NCBI GenBank assembly: GCA_964583075.1
Contig: CAZOUW010000004.1
Location: 1 to 60,420 of the forward strand
Direction: 5' to 3'
Length of the DNA stretch: 60,420 nt
Source of the DNA: an uncultured Candidatus Saccharibacteria bacterium
GTDB taxonomy: Bacteria; Patescibacteriota; Saccharimonadia; Saccharimonadales; JAGQNJ01
Part shown: one piece after another, positions 58,984 to 60,420 of the stretch
Layout of the letters: each line of letters starts with the position of its first letter
Numbering within the stretch: the first letter of the stretch is position 1
Notes under the pieces: model-generated
What the model was told of the DNA's origin: nothing
Seen by the model: only the letters and a program-made list of their open reading frames with translations
Databases searched by the model: none
Made by a program: the position numbers and the translations under genes

Positions 58984-60233
58984 TACTTCTCCTTCTTAAA
59001 GTCTAGTGTAGCAAAATAATCATCTAGTGTTTCAGCTCGCCTAATTAATTCAGCTGTTTTATCTGTGCGCAGCAATAGTTCAGCCGAACGTAACTTACCG
59101 TTATACTGAAAGCCCATGGCATGTCCATGTGCCCCAGTTGTATGAATTATCAGATAGTCGCCCACTTTGGCCTTGGGTAACTTACGATTTATGGCAAACT
59201 TGTCGTTATTTTCACACAGCGAGCCCGTAACATCGACTACCTCTTCTGGGCGTCCCTGGGCATTCAAAATAGTTATGTGATGATAGGCACCGTACATGCC
59301 CGGGCGCATCAAGTTCGCCATGCTAGCATCAACACCAATATACGTTTTGTGTGTTTCTTTACGATTAATGACCCGTGTTACCAAATAACCCGAACTGGCG
59401 GTTATATATCGACCGTTTTCCATAACAACATTTGGTTTCTGATTGCTTGAAAAACGCTTGTCGTACGCTGCTTTCAGAGCTTTGGCATAGACATCTAGAT
59501 CGAACTCCTTATCACCAAGTTTATACGTAACGCCCAAACCACCGCCAAGATTAATAAAATCAAGGTTTATCGCCAATTCTTCTGAAATTTCACTAGCAAG
59601 ATCAAAGAGTGCTTCTGCAATCTTTATATGGCTTTGCCAACTTAAATCGTTGCTAAGAAGCATTGTGTGTAAGCCAAATGTCTTCGAACCGGCTTTTTTG
59701 AGCAATTTATATGCTTCTAAAATATGTTCTTTGGGCATGCCATATTTTGCCTCTTGAGGAGTCCCGATAATCCAATCTTCTCCACCTTTAAGCCTTAGGT
59801 TACCGGGGTTATACCTGCAACAAGCAACTTTTGGAGCACCAAACTTTTTTAGAAACCGTCTTACGTGAGTTATGTCATCAAAGTTAATGATCGCGCCATC
59901 CTGCAAGGCTGCTGAAAATTCTTCATCACTTGTATTATTTGAAGAAAACATAACGTCTTTAACGTTTGCCATTTTGCATAGCTCTAGTTCCGCGATACTG
60001 CTGGCATCCATGCCTTGGCCCTCTTCCGCGAGAACTGCCATTATGTAAGGATTGGGCAAGGCCTTGACAGCAAAATAGTTTTTAAAATTCTTAAAGCCAG
60101 CTTTTTGCATAGCCTCATATAAGTTTTTTGATGTAGCTCTCATGTGCGCTTCATCATAAATATGAAACGGGGTTGGATACTTCGCAGTTATTTGATCTAA
60201 AAACTTTTGATCAAAAGGAATTGAGCTATCCAT
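58983..60233 (-). CDS. Type III PLP-dependent decarboxylase (Orn/DAP/Arg family), probably diaminopimelate decarboxylase
   Basis: It has the PLP lysine in FAVKA, the motif GGGLGV and the active-site Cys in CENNDKF. The ORF is 416 aa. Confidence 0.7.
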   Translation of the reverse strand: MDSSIPFDQKFLDQITAKYPTPFHIYDEAHMRATSKNLYEAMQKAGFKNFKNYFAVKALPNPYIMAVLAEEGQGMDASSIAELELCKMANVKDVMFSSNNTSDEEFSAALQDGAIINFDDITHVRRFLKKFGAPKVACCRYNPGNLRLKGGEDWIIGTPQEAKYGMPKEHILEAYKLLKKAGSKTFGLHTMLLSNDLSWQSHIKIAEALFDLASEISEELAINLDFINLGGGLGVTYKLGDKEFDLDVYAKALKAAYDKRFSSNQKPNVVMENGRYITASSGYLVTRVINRKETHKTYIGVDASMANLMRPGMYGAYHHITILNAQGRPEEVVDVTGSLCENNDKFAINRKLPKAKVGDYLIIHTTGAHGHAMGFQYNGKLRSAELLLRTDKTAELIRRAETLDDYFATLDFKKEK

Positions 60234-60242
60234 GGATAAAGT

Positions 60243-60420
60243 CTAGTTATTTGCTACAAATGGTAGCATTGCTAGGTGTCTTGCACGCTTAATTGCGCGG
60301 GCCAAGTGCCGTTGCTGGCTCTCTGTTAGACCGGTTTTTTTGCGGCCCTCAATTTGACCATACACGTTTACGTAACGCTGTAATGTCTTAAAGTCTTTGT
60401 AGTCAAAAAACGCTACTTCG
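60243..60420 (-). CDS. rpsR: 30S ribosomal protein S18 (the N-terminus lies beyond the right edge)
   Basis: My manual translation is EVAFFDYKDFKTLQRYVNVYGQIEGRKKTGLTESQQRHLARAIKRARHLAMLPFVANN, followed by a stop. Confidence 0.85.
   Translation of the reverse strand, partial: EVAFFDYKDFKTLQRYVNVYGQIEGRKKTGLTESQQRHLARAIKRARHLAMLPFVANN

Overview
This 60.4-kb window comes from a compact, low-GC bacterial chromosome. The GC content looks like the low 40s % by eye and was not computed. Genes are tightly packed and often overlap by 1-25 nt. The gene content suggests a Patescibacteria/CPR organism, probably Saccharibacteria-like: it combines translation and DNA housekeeping genes, an LPXTG surface protein, a type IV pilus locus without a secretin, and almost no biosynthesis genes. 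This lineage call is an inference.

Layout from left to right:
- 1-4845: the 5' end of a 16S rRNA gene, then gyrA and gyrB.
- 5010-10942: an LPXTG/DUF11 adhesin and a 962-aa VirD4/TraG-like ATPase module.
- 10943-12170: a 1.2-kb AT-rich gap that is non-coding.
- 12171-26784: comM, infC-rpmI-rplT, RNase P RNA, an ASCH-RNase HI fusion, queA, tRNA-Pro, a NADAR protein, an M50 protease, rpmB, miaA, an ATL-like protein, thrS, tRNA-Val, a GT2 glycosyltransferase and tgt.
- 26817-33000: an accessory stretch with two markedly GC-rich cassettes (27265-27753 and 31757-31996), nrdR, a processive GT2, a tRNA-Asp/Thr/Gly cluster, and four orphan genes that each have their own consensus promoter.
- 33071-39093: an RRM protein, a parvulin, a beta-helix exoprotein, tRNA-Arg, ndk and a Xer-like recombinase.
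- 39100-53534: a 14.4-kb type IV pilus superoperon, all on the minus strand.
- 53628-60420: ychF, a Crp-family regulator, tlyA, efp, a DAP-decarboxylase-like gene and a partial rpsR.

Items most worth follow-up:
1. An in-frame UGA separates a PilX-like minor pilin from a linker plus PKD-like domain.
2. Two tRNA genes (Val and Arg) are each followed by a structured 140-165-nt insert that ends in a direct repeat of the tRNA 3' end.
3. Two GC-rich, GC3-rich gene cassettes sit behind native AT-rich promoters, which suggests acquisition from a high-GC donor.
4. Two self-contained promoter-to-terminator small-RNA or micro-ORF units.
5. An orphan coupling-ATPase/adhesin module, and two uncharacterised genes at the head of the pilus operon.

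No CRISPR array, transposase or prophage genes were seen.
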